From contig NC_045698.1 in the NCBI RefSeq assembly GCF_009834535.1, forward strand, positions 8,744,001-8,808,000: a DNA stretch of 64,000 nt, written 5' to 3'. This stretch comes from Camelus ferus. Its lineage: Eukaryota. The translations under genes were made by a program, and so were the position numbers. Positions 24,666 to 38,077 of the stretch are shown piece after piece. Position 1 is the first letter of the stretch. Each line of letters begins with the position of its first letter. The notes beneath the pieces are model-generated. The model saw only the letters and a list, made by a program, of their open reading frames with translations. It ran no database searches and had not been told where the DNA came from.

Positions 24666-25541
24666 AAAAACAGTTGTGAGTGTTGGCTTGATCAGTCCCC
24701 ATTTCCACCAACGCAGCTGTTTTGCAGGTGCTCTAATAGGACTCCGCACAGATACCTTTGGAAAGTATTTTATACAGAATCTGCAGCTGTAGATATGAAA
24801 CTTCTTTCTTACTGGGGAAAAATTCCATGTGTCTTGCTAAAGCTCTGCCTGCAGGAGAGAGTAAAGAGGTAAAGGAAATTTAGGCAAAATAACTATCATT
24901 GAAAAAAGTTATCTTTCTCTTGGAAAAATCAGTTATAGTTATCATAAATCTTAATCTGGTGCATAATTTACCAACTGTTCAAATACTTCACTATAAAGTA
25001 TACAGGTCTACAAAATAAACGTCTTGGATCTCACACCCATCTTCACAGTCAAATCTTTTAATTAGTTGGTGCTTTAATTTAAAAAAATAGAATAATTATG
25101 CTTTTCTGCCACTGATCAAGTTATCCAAAAGCCAAGTTTCTCTCTCAGTCTTTGTCATCATTTGGCTACTCTGGCCCAGCATTTAGGGCTTATTGTTTCA
25201 ATCGGGATCGTTACCTGCCAATAATGAGTTCACTGATGAATAGCTTCAAAGATCAATGTTAGCCTTCTCTTGGTGCAGTTTAAAAATCCCTCTCAAGGGC
25301 TTGTCTAGGAAAAGATTCACAGATAAATAATCTGCTCTTTCCTGGATAAAATCACTGTTTCAAGTGATGTTACAGGTTCAATAAATTATTGGCATAAACC
25401 TAAGGACAAATTTTCTAGCATCACCAATGCTATTGAGGACTGATGGGGACATAGAGGGTTCGACTTCCTTCTAGTTTAGAGACTTTAGGGAATTCTAACT
25501 GCATGTCCCAGCCTGCACAGTAGGAATAATTCTAACATTTC

Positions 25542-25997
25542 TGTGGTGGATAAATAATAACCCCCCAAGACCCACATGCTAATCCCTGGAACCTGTAAAC
25601 AGCCTCCTATAATAAAGGGGGCTTTGTAGGTGCAATTAAGTGCTCTGAGATGGGGATTTACTTGAGTGGGCAACTGCCATCCCAAGTGTCCTAAAAAGAG
25701 AGAACCAGAGGGAGACTTGACTACAGTGGAGAAGGAGGAGATGTGATTATGGAGACAAATTACAGTGATGCAGACAGGAGCCAGGGCATGGGGGTGGCCT
25801 TTGGAAACAGAAGAAGCAGTTCAAAATAGATTCTCCTCTGGAGCTTCTAGACAGAACCGGCCTTCCTGAAACCTTAACTTTATCCCAGTGAAACTGATTG
25901 CAGACTTCCGGCCCCAAGAACTGTACAAGAGCAAATTTGTGTGGTTTTAAGCCACAGGTCGTGGTTCTGTTACAGCATCTGTAAGGAAACTAGCACA
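25542..25997 (+). mobile_element. MaLR solo LTR, MLT1C-like, near full length
   Basis: TG...CA ends; ctaatccctggaacctgt, gattctcctctggagc, aaatttgtgtggttttaagccac, ggaaactagcaca. Confidence 0.9.
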
Positions 25998-28889
25998 ATA
26001 TTGTTTAAAACCCTTTGCTGTTCGAAGTTTCTGCAAGTCACTCTAAGCCAGTGCATAATTGATCAAACAGGTATGGAACACGTGTCTCTGTTCACATGGC
26101 TATTCTTTAGATATAGTGACAATTTTTGTTTTAGTGTTCCTTTAATATGCTTATATATTTTTTCACTTGGGTTTTTTTTCTTTTTTGCAGTTTTCACAAA
26201 GCAATCACCGACACTTTTCTATTTACCTGCAATGCAAACAGCTCACCTGGTTCTTAAACATAATTCATTTTCTACGCGACGCTATACACAAGTTAAAATT
26301 CTTTTAGAAATGTGTTTGTAACTAAGACATTTGGCTCTATAACAATAAAATCTCTTCTGCTTTGCAGTTGGAATGTTTAAAAATTCAGAGAAGGGATGTC
26401 TCCATTTTAAAATCAGCCTGACATTTCACTATCCATATTCGATTGGGTGAATTTCAGTAAGTTGAAAAAAAAAAAGATACGAGCCTTATAAAATGCAGAG
26501 TACCATCTTGGTAGCAGATTGCACAAGAAATCTCTGATCACACTTGTAGAAAACTATTGTTTTAACAATCTACTCCCCAGATTCACAGACTAAAATGTAT
26601 GCATATCAGAAACATTCATAAAGCAATTTAACAATTATGCCGAGCGTAGCAACGTGTGTGAATCAGTCTAAATGTGTGCCTAATCTTGTTTTATGAACAT
26701 TACCAACTAGTCACGGAGAAGAGGGTCGGAGAGCCTGGAATTAATTTCAGTTGAACTAAGTCACCTCAGTTTCTGAGTCTCAGCTTTTCCCCATAAGTGG
26801 GGAGATTGAGCTATATTTCTCCTCTTGGCTGTAAGGATTCTGGAGATTTATGGTCAAATTAATTAAAAAAAAATGCTAAAACCTCTTCTTGTGACTATTA
26901 GCTCCAAATCCTGGTGCTGGTCACGGAAGGATGGTTTATACCAGCAAGGAACTACTCATCTGGGTTCTATAACCAAAAATACAGCTGGCCTGTTATTCTC
27001 AGACACATGGCTAATAGTGTCTTTCCTTTTAATGAGACATTTAGTTGGTTATTTTCAAAGAGGGTTAACATATATTTTTAAAAATTACACAGAAACTAGA
27101 AGCAAATCCTTCTAAGTAGACATGCCTATGTAAATGACTTGCAATTACGATTGTTAAGAAAAATGCACACACCTCTTAATGACCCATGCGTGTCCTCATG
27201 GGGTCACGGAGACCCCTGTGACTTCCCCACGTCCACTCCAGAAATGGAAGATCAATGGTAAGTTACCTGGCATGTGTCATGTAATCCTTAATGCTTTCAT
27301 CCCCCAGGGAGAAGCCAAGCAAATGTCCTGTGTGTGCGTGTGTGCGTGTGCGTTTGTGGGAGTGTGAGTACCTGCAGGATGTGGGAGGTAGACGTGGGGA
27401 TAGGAAACTGATCTCATATCCACAAATCTACGCCAGGAACTCTGACCTATTTTCTCTTAGAATTATGCATTGGATTTTATTTCTGATTACATGGGCATTT
27501 CAAATCAAAGCATGATTTTTTCATGGGATTTTATACACCTAATGCAAGTCCACACTCTCACAGAATTTTAAGAGGTGGTTTGGGCAGAGGGCCAAAGAGT
27601 CTGGAAGAAAAGAGAATGGAGCCTTTGCAGGGAACTGGATTTCAGTGATTAAGGAGACCCCAAAAGATAAGCTGCTGCTGACTTTTTTAGGAAATGTCCT
27701 GCAGGAACACTAGACAGGGGGCGGTTTAAGTGGGTCCTTCACCACAGCAGCTAGTGGCTCTGTCCCTGCAGGTTCCTCGTCCCTGGTGGAATTGGGTCCT
27801 CTGGAAAGTTAAAAGGGTCTCCCGGACCCTCCCCTCCATTTCCTTCCTCTCTAAACTGAACATTTCCTCCCTCAGACCCCAGACCACATAGCAATGACCT
27901 TGGCGTCATTTTACATCAGGATGCTTAAAATGGTGTCATTAAATTGTGGGTCCCTGCGTTTTCCCTTTTGAGTTGTTCCAACATAAAAAGCCTTTTACTG
28001 AAATGGGGGAGAGGGACAAGGTAAATCGTTCCAATTAACCACCTTTGATACTGCATGGAGCTCTTGGGGGGCCGAGAAGAGACACAAAGTGGCCTAAGAC
28101 AAATGTGCCCTTCCAGTCTGGAAGAGTTGATGTAGGTCACCTCCTCCAGCGCCTATCATTTGAGTATGTGGTCCATTCAATGGGACAATCTGGGCATGGC
28201 ATAAGCGATGACTAATAGCAGCTCTCAGGTACGCTGCGCCCCTTGATATGAATGTAAGAAGCAACCTGAACAATTGTGATCAGAGATACAATCAATTGCT
28301 TTTTTATTTAGTGGTGAAACCTTCCCCCATCAGAGAATGGAAACTCTTGGAGAGCCCCTCGCCTATGCGCTTTCTCTTTGGTAAGAAAAAGTTCAACTGT
28401 CACTTTACATCACAAATACAGTCACATGTCACACTTAGAATGTTCACTCCAAGGTCTTAACGATCAGGAACTTGACCCCACATTTTGTTACAGCTTTGCC
28501 AGCTCCAGCCCCCTGAGAATGGGCTCCAGCACTGTGGGTCTTTGCCCTTTTGCCTGCCAGTGTCCTTTACCCCGCACCCCGCAAGCCTGCAGGTCCATTT
28601 CTGACTTTTCCCAGGAACCAGGCAGGGATGAGCAGAGTGGCAAGTCCTTCTTGAACAGGCAGATTTAGGAATTCACTGTCTTCTGGCCCCTTAGTGAACT
28701 CTGTGCTGTTTTCCATGTCTCTGCCTCTCTGCTGCCGCTCATTTTACCTGGAGAGATGCTTCCTTGTTCTGGATGCCGGCTTGCCAGTTATTCCAAGTCT
28801 CTAGGACTCAACATTCACCTCCAGCTTCTTGTATCCTGTGGAACAGAAGCCAAGCCAGCTGTCTCTTCCACAGCATCACACCTGCTTCT

Positions 28890-29110
28890 CAGACGATTTT
28901 CGCTTTCTCTTGCCACTTCGCGTAGCAGTCTACAGGTCCCCTGCGTTTCCCAAGTGCAGGAAGTACCAATCCAAGCTTTACTCTGAGCGATCCCAAAGAG
29001 ACCTACCCCTTCTGGAAGCAGGAGGAGAGGGGCTACAAAGGCAAGGACATAAACGCAGAGGTCTGAGCCAGTCGTCACGACTTCACGTTGCAGTGACTTT
29101 ACAGGCTGGG
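28890..29110. promoter_or_regulatory. Candidate promoter or enhancer
   Basis: About 10 CpGs in about 200 bp of unique sequence. ETS CAGGAAGT 28957-28964, CCAAT 28966-28970, CATAAA 29048-29053, half-CRE CGTCA 29073-29077. Confidence 0.3.
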
Positions 29111-29479
29111 AATCCTTTAGGTATAATGTGAAAACTTTAAAAACTGGATTCCTTCCCCCTAAAATGTCTCTCACCTTGCTGTGTTAAGATGTGTGAAATC
29201 TGTGCTACTAAAGAAATGACCCTGGTTTCATGCACGTATTCTTCAGGTTAATATTAAGTTCAGTTCAAATCAATAACATGGTATCGAATTATCAATATAT
29301 TCAAAGGACCTTGTGAAGAACTCCAGGGCATTCCAACTTCAGTGAAGCGGTGGCTGGGTTTTAAGAAGCATATAATTCAGGTGACAAAATCAGGCAGCTG
29401 CACAGAGAGAAAGGGACCTTTCACTGAGAACCCAGTTGCCGCCACTTTCTGTACAACAATTGCAGGTGGGGTTTTCTTT

Positions 29480-29580
29480 ATTGTGCTTATTGTACAGATG
29501 AGGAAAATATCAAGAGGTTGAATAATTGCCCAGATTACAGGGGCAGAAGAGGAAGAGCCAGGTTTCTTGAGCCTTTCTGA
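29480..29580 (-). mobile_element. MIR fragment
   Basis: tacagatgaggaaaatatcaagaggttgaataattgcccagattacag. Confidence 0.7.
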
Positions 29581-30362
29581 GCCTGCCCCACACCCCCTTC
29601 CCTTTTGTTGGAGGAGCCCATTGGGAGGATGACCAGCAGTTGGACCACAAGCTGGACCCAGGCAATTGTGGGGGCTCCTCACCCCTCCTCTGTCCTGTAG
29701 TGGGGCTGTTCCAAGGACACAACCTTGAGAGAGTAAGGTGTTGTTGAGACCATCTGGGCAGCATAAGTGACTTAACTCAGTTAAGGCCTCTTTATAACGT
29801 CTTGAGATTCTGGTGGTGGGCTGTGAAGACCCGCACAGCTTGCAGAGCCCAAGACAAGCTTGGTGTGGACGTTCCCTTGCTTCTTAAACCCGCCGCTTAC
29901 CTATCTGGAGCCATCTGCCCCCTTCTTTAGTCTCTCCTTGTCCTCTGTGTACCAAGGCTGGTTGCAGGTTTCACCTGGGAAACTCCTAAGGTTTTAACCA
30001 ACACTTTTCTGCTGAGTGTTCAGTTTTCCATTTTCCTTAAATGTGGAAAATGCAAGCTGTAGTCAGGGACGAGCTTAAGAAAGAGATCAAGTACTATGAG
30101 CACAGTGAAGAGAACGGAGCTCACTTCAGTCGGAAGGATGAAGGCTGGGCAGTCTTTGTTGTAGCGAGATGGTGTCTGAAGGATGCAGACGCAGGAGCCC
30201 GGCATGGGGACGGAGAAGTCGGTGGGGGCAGGAAGGAGGAGAATGTTTAGCCTTAAAAAAAGGGGGGAACAATTATAGACTCACATGCAAGGAAGCAGGG
30301 AAGCTGAGGGGCATCGTGGAACAAGAAAAGCCTTGGGTGTGAGGACCATTTGTCATGATGCC

Positions 30363-31888
30363 TTTTCCTACCAGCTTTATTGAAGTATGATTGATAAACA
30401 AAAATTGTGTATATTTAGGTTGTACTGCGTGATGTTTTAATATACGTATATGTTATGAAATGATGACCACAATCAAGCTAATTAACAAATCTATTACCTC
30501 ACACAGCTACCCTTTGTGTGTGTGTGTGGGGGGGGGGTGGCGAGGACACTTGAAACCTATTCACTCAGCAAATTTCAAGTATACAATAGAGTCAGATTAA
30601 CCACAGTCACTGTTCTGTACATTAGGTCTCCAGAACTTAGTCATCTTACAGTTGACTTAGTCATCTTACAGTTGAGAGTCTGTACACTCTCACCACCACC
30701 GCTCATTTTCCCCACTCCCCAGCCTCTGGTAATCAACATTCTACTCTCCATTACGATGAGTTAGACTTTTTTTTTTATATTCTACATGTAAGTGAGCATG
30801 CGGTGTTTATCTTTCTGTGTCTTGCTTATTTCACACAACACAATGTCCCCATCCATGTCGCTGTAAATGGCAGGACTTCATTCTTCTTTATGGCTTAATA
30901 ATATTACATTATATATATATATATACATATATATATAATTGATATGTATTGAATTTTTAATACATTCATTGAGTGATTCACTTAATCATTCATTTTAATC
31001 CATTCATTTAATGCAATCATTCAAGCTCAGGTTTTTTCCATATGTTGGCTACCGTGACTAACGCGGCGGTGGACATGGGGCGCAGTTACCTCTCTGACCT
31101 AATGGTTTTATGTTCTTTGAATATATGCCCAGAAGTGGGGCTGCTGAATCACACAGGGCTTCTACCTTTAGTCTTTTGAGGAACCTCCATGCTGTTTTCC
31201 ATACTGGCTGCATCAGTTTACCTTCCCACCAGCAGCGCACAAGCATTACCTTTTCTCCACACCCTCACCCACAATTTCACCTTCTGACTTTCTGATAACG
31301 GCTGTTCTAACAGGGACGAGGTGATATGACTTTGTTTTGATTTGCATTTCCCTGTTGGTTAGTGGTTTTGAGCATTTTTTCATGTACCTGTTGACATTTG
31401 TACGTTTTTTTTTTGGAAAAAAAATGTCTATTCGTATCATTTTGTCCATTTTTACATCAGGTTGTTTTTGCGATTGAGCTGTAATGTGAGTTCCTTGTGT
31501 ATTTTAGTAATCACCCCTGATCGGGGTGCAGTGCTGGTTAATGTTTTCTCCAGTTTTGTAGATTGCTTGTCACTCTGTTCATTATTTCCTTTGTTGTGCA
31601 GGAAGTTTCGAGTTTAATACAGTCAATTTTGTCTATTTTGGTTTTCCTTGCTGGTGCTTTTGCTAACTCCAATGTCAAGGAATTTTCCCCCTTTGGTTTC
31701 TTTGAGGAGTTTTATGCTTTCAAGTTGACGTCTTTAATCCGTTTTGAGTTGATTATTGTGTACGGTGTTAGCTAGGGGTCCACTTCCGTTCTTTTGTCTG
31801 AGGGTGTCTAGTTTTCCCAACATCCTTCCCCCATTGTGTATTCCTGGCACCTATTGTCAAAGATTCTTTGACTATGTATGTGTGGGTT
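30363..31888 (-). mobile_element. 5'-truncated L1MA-type element, about 1.5 kb
   Basis: cagctttattgaagtatgattg 3' end. ORFs 31058-31246 (CWWEGKLMQPVWK) and 31246-31449 (REMQIKT) are decayed ORF2. Confidence 0.9.
30635..30674. repeat. Perfect 20-bp tandem duplication (ACTTAGTCATCTTACAGTTG)x2 inside L1
   Basis: Two adjacent identical units at 30635-30654 and 30655-30674. Confidence 0.95.
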
Positions 31889-31964
31889 AACATTTCAAGC
31901 AGGGGGATATAATAATCAAACCTATGTTTCAGGCAGGTTAGTGTGGTAGCAGTGTGAAGGATGG

Positions 31965-31965
<1 letters not shown>

Positions 31966-32003
<38 letters not shown>
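31966..32003. repeat. (CA)19 microsatellite
   Basis: Perfect CA run. Confidence 0.98.
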
Positions 32004-32005
<2 letters not shown>

Positions 32006-33014
32006 TAAGCAATCAAACTATTGAGAGACACAATGTATTGTATGACTGTTTTACCAGAACTTTGTTGAGCTGTAAGCACAGAGTAGGCCTCAAAAATATT
32101 TGTTAAAAAATTAAATAACTGGATAAGGATAGAAGGCCTTGAAACAAGTCAGTGAAAATTAATAGTGCAGGAGAGACCTAGTAAAATCTGGAAATACGGT
32201 TGAGAGAGATTTTAAACGAACATTCTTCATGAATTAGCAACTTAGTATATGTCAAGAGGAAGGACCAGTTCCTCAAAGGGGTTCAGGATGCTCTGCCTTT
32301 GGGTGGTAATAACCTTATGAGACACGAGAAGGTCAGAAGGAAGGCGCTGTTTGGATCGGAAGGGGTGTACGTTTCATGACTGTTGACACATTCGTGACAT
32401 TAGTTTCTTGGATTAGTTTGAGATCATGCTTGTAAAAGAGAGGTCCTGGCAGAAAGGTCAGATGGGATGGCGAGGAAAAAGAGGACCATGTTTAGAGTAT
32501 TGCATTTCCTGAGGGGTTGTGGGTCAGGGTGAAAGGGTTTCAAAGAAGAGCCTCCTCTGTACAGCTCATGGTCTTTGCCAGGACCAGGGCTAAGAATAGC
32601 AATGAAAGGCAAGGCTAGATGTGCTACTGGCTCTTGTTAGGAAAAATCAACCACTTTTCTGAATTGAGAAGGAACCTAGCACTGGCATTTAAAATTGTCT
32701 TTAAACAAGAGTGAGCTGTGATGGGTAGGACAGAACTAATCCTGGGCAGCAGACATAAATAGAAAGTGATTCATTCTCGTCGCATCATTGTTTCCCATGT
32801 CCTGATCGCAGCCTAGGCTGCCAGTGTTATGGTACCGAAAGATGGGAAGGTGGATGACCATCATTTCAGTGGACAAGAAGGGATGCCTTTTGTAAATGGG
32901 ACAGCATTAACTGAAGTTTTAAAATTCTTAAAACATGGAAAGTAATTTTCGTTTAGGTCATTCCAGTACAGTAGACAATATTGTGCACCAAAAGCTCAAA
33001 GAAGTTCCTACCTT

Positions 33015-33245
33015 ATTTTAGCATCAAAAACAGTCATGGGCACCAGTTCTAAAGGTGAACTGCCTGGACTTTGTTCTAACTCATTGTACAAATGGGGAGG
33101 CAATTACCCAAGCTCTCTGCGCCTTACCGTTTTAATCTGTATAATGGGGATAGAATAGTATTTACCCTAATAGTGTGATAACCAAGTTTGTTCTTATACA
33201 TAAAGCACTTAGAACAGTGCCTATATAGTGTTTCTTAAATAAACA
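33015..33245 (+). mobile_element. MIR SINE
   Basis: tctgtataatggggatagaatagta...taaagcacttagaacagtgcct. Confidence 0.8.
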
Positions 33246-34749
33246 GGAATAAAATGCACCACGGGAAAAGCGCGATTCTTAATTCAAAGAATAAATTTCA
33301 GTATAAAGAGGAACCTCTAAGGACTCCCCTCACCTAGTAATAACTTCAGTCCCGAGAGCCCCCATATGTGCTCACTTTTCTTAGACTTTCAGTCTTCTTG
33401 AGAGCTACCGAAGCCCAGAGAAATCAGAATTGCAACTCAGGGTCAGGATGGATGACCTAGTTTAGTTCTAATTTCCCAAAGATCCTTAAAACAGCACCTG
33501 GAGTCCCATTCTTGCCCCAAGGAAAGACTAGATAAGAGAATTAAGAAAGAAATGACAAATAGAAAATGAAATAATATTTGGGTACCTGCTACCATGATTC
33601 CTCTACTTCCAAATTCTGTGTCGCAGTTATAAGCAAAGAAAGTTTTATTTGAAATTGGATCCTGAGGGTTAAGTAAAATCAATAAGGAACTTCAGAGTGC
33701 AGAGAACTTAAATTACCAATATTTTCTGAGACAATGAAATTTATCACTATGGCTACCCTAGAGCAGAATTTGTTTGCTTAGGAATTATCAAAACAACCCA
33801 TAAATTATGAAGATCCATTTCACAGAGACCAATATTGATCTTATTTTCAAAAATTCAAAGATTCTTGGAGGGAAAATGTAAGGTAAAAAGGTAATCAAAA
33901 TACAAATATGAATTAAGCTATGGTGATTTTGGAAGGTATGTAATTTTACAGGTGCTAAGGGCATATGCTTACAAAGACAACCTTACAATAACATAATCAG
34001 TGAGAATAGAACACACCGAGTCATTTGGGTTTTCCCTTAGTGTTTGCTGTTCAGCATAATTACACATCGCAGTCCTTGATTCAACTTCAGTACTCACACC
34101 TCAGCACTTACGCACATGTACACTTTGATCTTATTTGTAAGTGTGACCCAGAGCAAGTCTTATGATTCTAGGCTTATTCTAGGGCAAAAGGATTTACAGT
34201 TATTGAGTCTTTTATTTCCTAAGTGTAATTCTTCTACCAGCCACATGTCCAAACATTTATAGAGGAAAAAGATTAAAGAAGGGAAAACGATGAAGAATTG
34301 AGCCAAACAAATTGGATGGTACTAAAGGAATAATTATGACCCCAAAACACTGTTTTTATTTCCAGAGCTCCCATGAAAGGCTAGTGAAGACTCCTGGCTC
34401 ATTGCAGAATGTTTTGTCTATGATTTGGCTGACTTTCTCTGGCTTTCAGTAGATTATGTCTGATTTAATAGCTTGTTAATATTGACAAGCTAATAACTTT
34501 AGTATGCTTTCAAGTTCTCGTTTTTGAAAATGCCTTTTATTTTCTTTACGCAGAGCTTACATATGCCAATGCTAATGCATTCAACAGACTAAGTGCTTTG
34601 TCTTGATCATAAGAAAGGGAAGCAGGTGGTCAGAAAACCTGGGTTGAAGTATTGGCTGGTAAATGTACGTTTCCCTGTGTACCACATGGTGGCAAAAATA
34701 TCTCCTCTAAGAGTTGCTTAGGAATTAAATGAGACCAAAAAGGTACATG

Positions 34750-34875
34750 GAACATACAGACAGTGCAGAGATGCAGCCAGTATCCAAGCTGAGAAAATTG
34801 TACCTTGTTAAACTTAAGTGGCTTTTGCAGAGTTGCACCTTGGAGGAGAATCAGAGTCGGAGTGAAAAACCAGGT
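34750..34875 (-). mobile_element. MIR fragment
   Basis: gagaaaattgtaccttgttaaacttaagtggcttttgcagagttgcac. Confidence 0.45.
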
Positions 34876-35575
34876 TTGTCTTACCCATGGCAACACTTTC
34901 CTAAAAACATAAGGCATTACAAAACTTGACCTTTTATTCTGACTTTAGATAAGTCACAGTTTCCTGCCTTAGATTTTCTAAACTGTGTTATAATGATACA
35001 TTGTAGGTTTGGAATTCAGCATTGACCAAAGCTGAGTAACTATTGTTCATGTTTATTTGTGTAGAGCTGGTGGGAGGCGGACGGAAACAAGTGAGGCTGT
35101 GACAACAATATGTCAGCAATACATCACTGATCTCCGCGTCACTGCAGGGCTCCTGGATGCTTAGTGGGGAGTACGAGCATTCGTGGCATTGTTTACACTG
35201 ATGCTGAAGTAAGTGTATTTCTTGAAACTCTATCTCATTTTTGAAAACACCGTATTTAAATAATTTAAGTGTAGTAAGGGACAGCAATAGTCATGGTCTA
35301 ATAAAAATAGTTTTAATTTTTTAGTGAATGTATTAACTAGTTATTAAAATTATTTCTCATTAAAACATAAAAAATATAGAAAATATAATCAAAGAAATGA
35401 AATTCACTTATAATTTCGCCATCCAGAAGTTATTATTTTCAACTCTTTGCTATGCTTTGAATTAATGTGTTTTGTATATATAAGCTCCCCGTGTCTTTCT
35501 TCCCTAATGGTGATTACTGCCATAAAATGGTGTTAATTTTTCCTAGCTACCGTTTTGTAATTTGTATTACTATTT

Positions 35576-35787
35576 TTTTTTGTTTTTTAAACATTTTTTA
35601 TTGAGTTACAGCAATTTTACAATGTTGTGTCAAATTCCAGTGTACAGCACAATTTTTCAGTTGTACATGAACATACATATTATTCATTGTCACTTTTTTT
35701 TCGCTATGAGCTACCACAAGATCTTGTATATATTTCCCTGTGCTACACAGTATAATCTTCTTTCTCTATTCTACATATGCCTGTCAG
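35576..35787 (-). mobile_element. Young 5'-truncated L1 3' end (about 210 bp) with a perfect 13-bp TSD
   Basis: ttttattgagttacagcaattttacaatgttgtgtcaaattccagtgtacagc. TSD TGTATTACTATTT at 35563-35575 and 35788-35800. Confidence 0.92.
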
Positions 35788-35800
35788 TGTATTACTATTT

Positions 35801-36350
35801 ATGCTTTATAGTACTGTTTTTTCTTTTAAAGCTTACATGTACAGGAAGTTAAGGTATATATCCTTTTGCAATTTTTAAATGTACCATCACATTTTAGTTA
35901 TTTTTCCTTGCTAGTACATATAGGTCAAGTTTATTCCTATTTGCTACTATAGAATATTCCACTGTTCCAAAAAATTGTAGTGACTGTAATTCCTGAGAAG
36001 GAATTATGCACGTTCCCTGCTTTGCCATAACAAGCAGAGCGGTAGTGAAGATGCTTGGATGTGTCTGCTCGGGCAGATGTGTTTCTCTGGGACGCACTGT
36101 TGGGTTGCTTCGTCTAGAGGGGTGTATTTACTTGCATCTTCAACTTTACTGGATGTCATCAGATTGCTCCTTGGGGAAGTTTTATCAGTTAATATTTTCA
36201 CTGTCTGTAGATTAGCGTTTCCTCTTCCTCGCCCTCACTGCGTGGTTAAGTGTCGGATACTGGTATTGATGGGGTAACACATTTTCCTGTTAATTTGCAT
36301 TTCTCTTGTTATAAGCGAAGGTCAAGAACTGTACATGTAATAGTTGTGAT
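35801..36350 (-). mobile_element. Ancient L1 (L1ME-like) fragment
   Basis: tttgccataacaagcagagcgg...ttaatttgcatttctctt. Confidence 0.6.
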
Positions 36351-36369
36351 TCGCACTTGCAGTGCCCTT

Positions 36370-36660
36370 CATTTCAGAGAATGACATCACCGTCCATCTG
36401 CTTGCACTAGCCAGAAACCTAGACGTCCTTCTTGGCTCTTCTGTCTCCCCCATTGACCATCAGTCTCTTTTGATTCTTCCTCCCAGTGTGTTTCACTTCT
36501 TCTCACTTACTGATATCACCACCAGCATCCTGGTCCAACCCATCGCTCTTGGTCAATATATAATGATAGCTGGCTCCTAATTAGTCTCCCAGCACCCAGT
36601 TGTTAGATTTCGTTATCCAGCCCCACATCAACTAGGGTAATCACTTTTAGAGGAAATTGT
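36370..36660 (+). mobile_element. L2 fragment
   Basis: atgacatcaccgtccatc...gccagaaacctagacgtccttcttggctc...ctcctaattagtctccc. Confidence 0.75.
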
Positions 36661-37340
36661 AAACCTACATTAATTTTTTAGTTGAGTAGTTAAAATGAGC
36701 AGACAATGGAATTCTGTCTGTCACACACGCACACACAGATATTTGCCAGCAGACCTAAAGAAATAATTTGGTTTTCTAAGCCTCAGTTTAATTAATCTTC
36801 TTGTTCAAAATCTAGCAATATTTCTACACATCAATAAATTATTAACATAAGGCTTGGTGCTTTTTGCTATAATATTTCTTTATCTAAAATGAGATTTTTT
36901 TCTGTAAAATTAAACACAGTCACTTAAAAGCCTGGAGATCTTTCTCTAGTCCTTACTTATTATCTACCAGCCATTTGACTGCCAATAAATTAAAGTCCAA
37001 GATGAGCTAACCAGGAATCTAAACATCAAACATGTCCTCACAATTGAAGGTTGTAAAATGATATTGTAATGATCATCCATTTAAAGTATTCCATTTGTCT
37101 TAGTATTTTTTCTCAGATCATCATTATCTAAAATTACAGAGTACAGTTCATCTTTTCACGGGACAGTGGTAAGTCAGATCTTTGGTCAGACAGTATTTTC
37201 TTACGTATAAATCTCTGATCATGAGCCCATTACATGTATTCTCATAAAAATGCAAGGCTAGATAGTGCATTTCAATCAATTTCGGTCAGAGCTATTTGGA
37301 TAGTTGCTTATTACAAGGGTTATATGTTAGACAATTTAAT

Positions 37341-37430
37341 TCTTTTTGTGTATATTTAGAGTGTTTTTTTTAAACCTTTTAAAAATCTTTTTGTGTATAT
37401 TTAGAGTGTTTTTTTAAAACCTTCTAAAAA
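37341..37430. repeat. 45-bp tandem duplication (2 copies, 2 differences)
   Basis: tctttttgtgtatatttagagtgtttttt... at 37341-37385 and 37386-37430. Confidence 0.95.
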
Positions 37431-38077
37431 AAGGCTAGAATGTCATTTCCTATGTCCAAGTTAATGTATTGCAAGGTGACACTGCTTTTGTGCAGACAGT
37501 AATACAAGAATGTAAAGCTTTCATATATATCACAGATAACAAATTATTGTTGGGCTTTTAAATATACTGGGTCATCTGTTGAAGAGTTTTATCTATACCA
37601 GTGCATTATTTAAGAGATGCTGTGGACTGGGGATGCCAAGCCACTAGCTTGAAATCTAAGTGAAATGTTTTGGTTTAGGCTTAGGAATGGTCTATATAAA
37701 GGAAGTTTTGAATTTTTCATGTGGTTACTGCCCTTAGAAACAACTTGTTACTGTTTTTCATATCTCTACTACATACTTCCAAGGGAGAAGATGTTGAAGG
37801 CTCTGATATTTTAATTGCAATAATTGGACAAAGAGAATAATTGTTCTTATAATTATCACCATGGTGGCAGCCCAAATATACACCAAATTATTTCATTTTT
37901 TTTGATTAGTTCTTCAAAGTACACCGAATAACTCTATTCGTCCTTTCTATGGAGAGGCAACAAGCCATCAGTTTTCTGCTATTCCTTGTTTGTGTCTTTA
38001 CAGGTTCACAGGGATCCTAGAAAACCACCTTAATGCTTGGAGGAAACAGGAGGACCAGTACATGGTCAGCCACTTAC

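Noticed and set aside
25457..25468. GGTTCGACTTCC B-box / tRNA T-loop-like motif
   Set aside because: No A-box, cloverleaf or SINE body around it.
28756..29174. Overlapping 76-119-aa ORFs as a gene or pseudogene
   Set aside because: No recognisable domain; the minus frame hits two stops in quick succession; GC-richer DNA yields longer chance ORFs.
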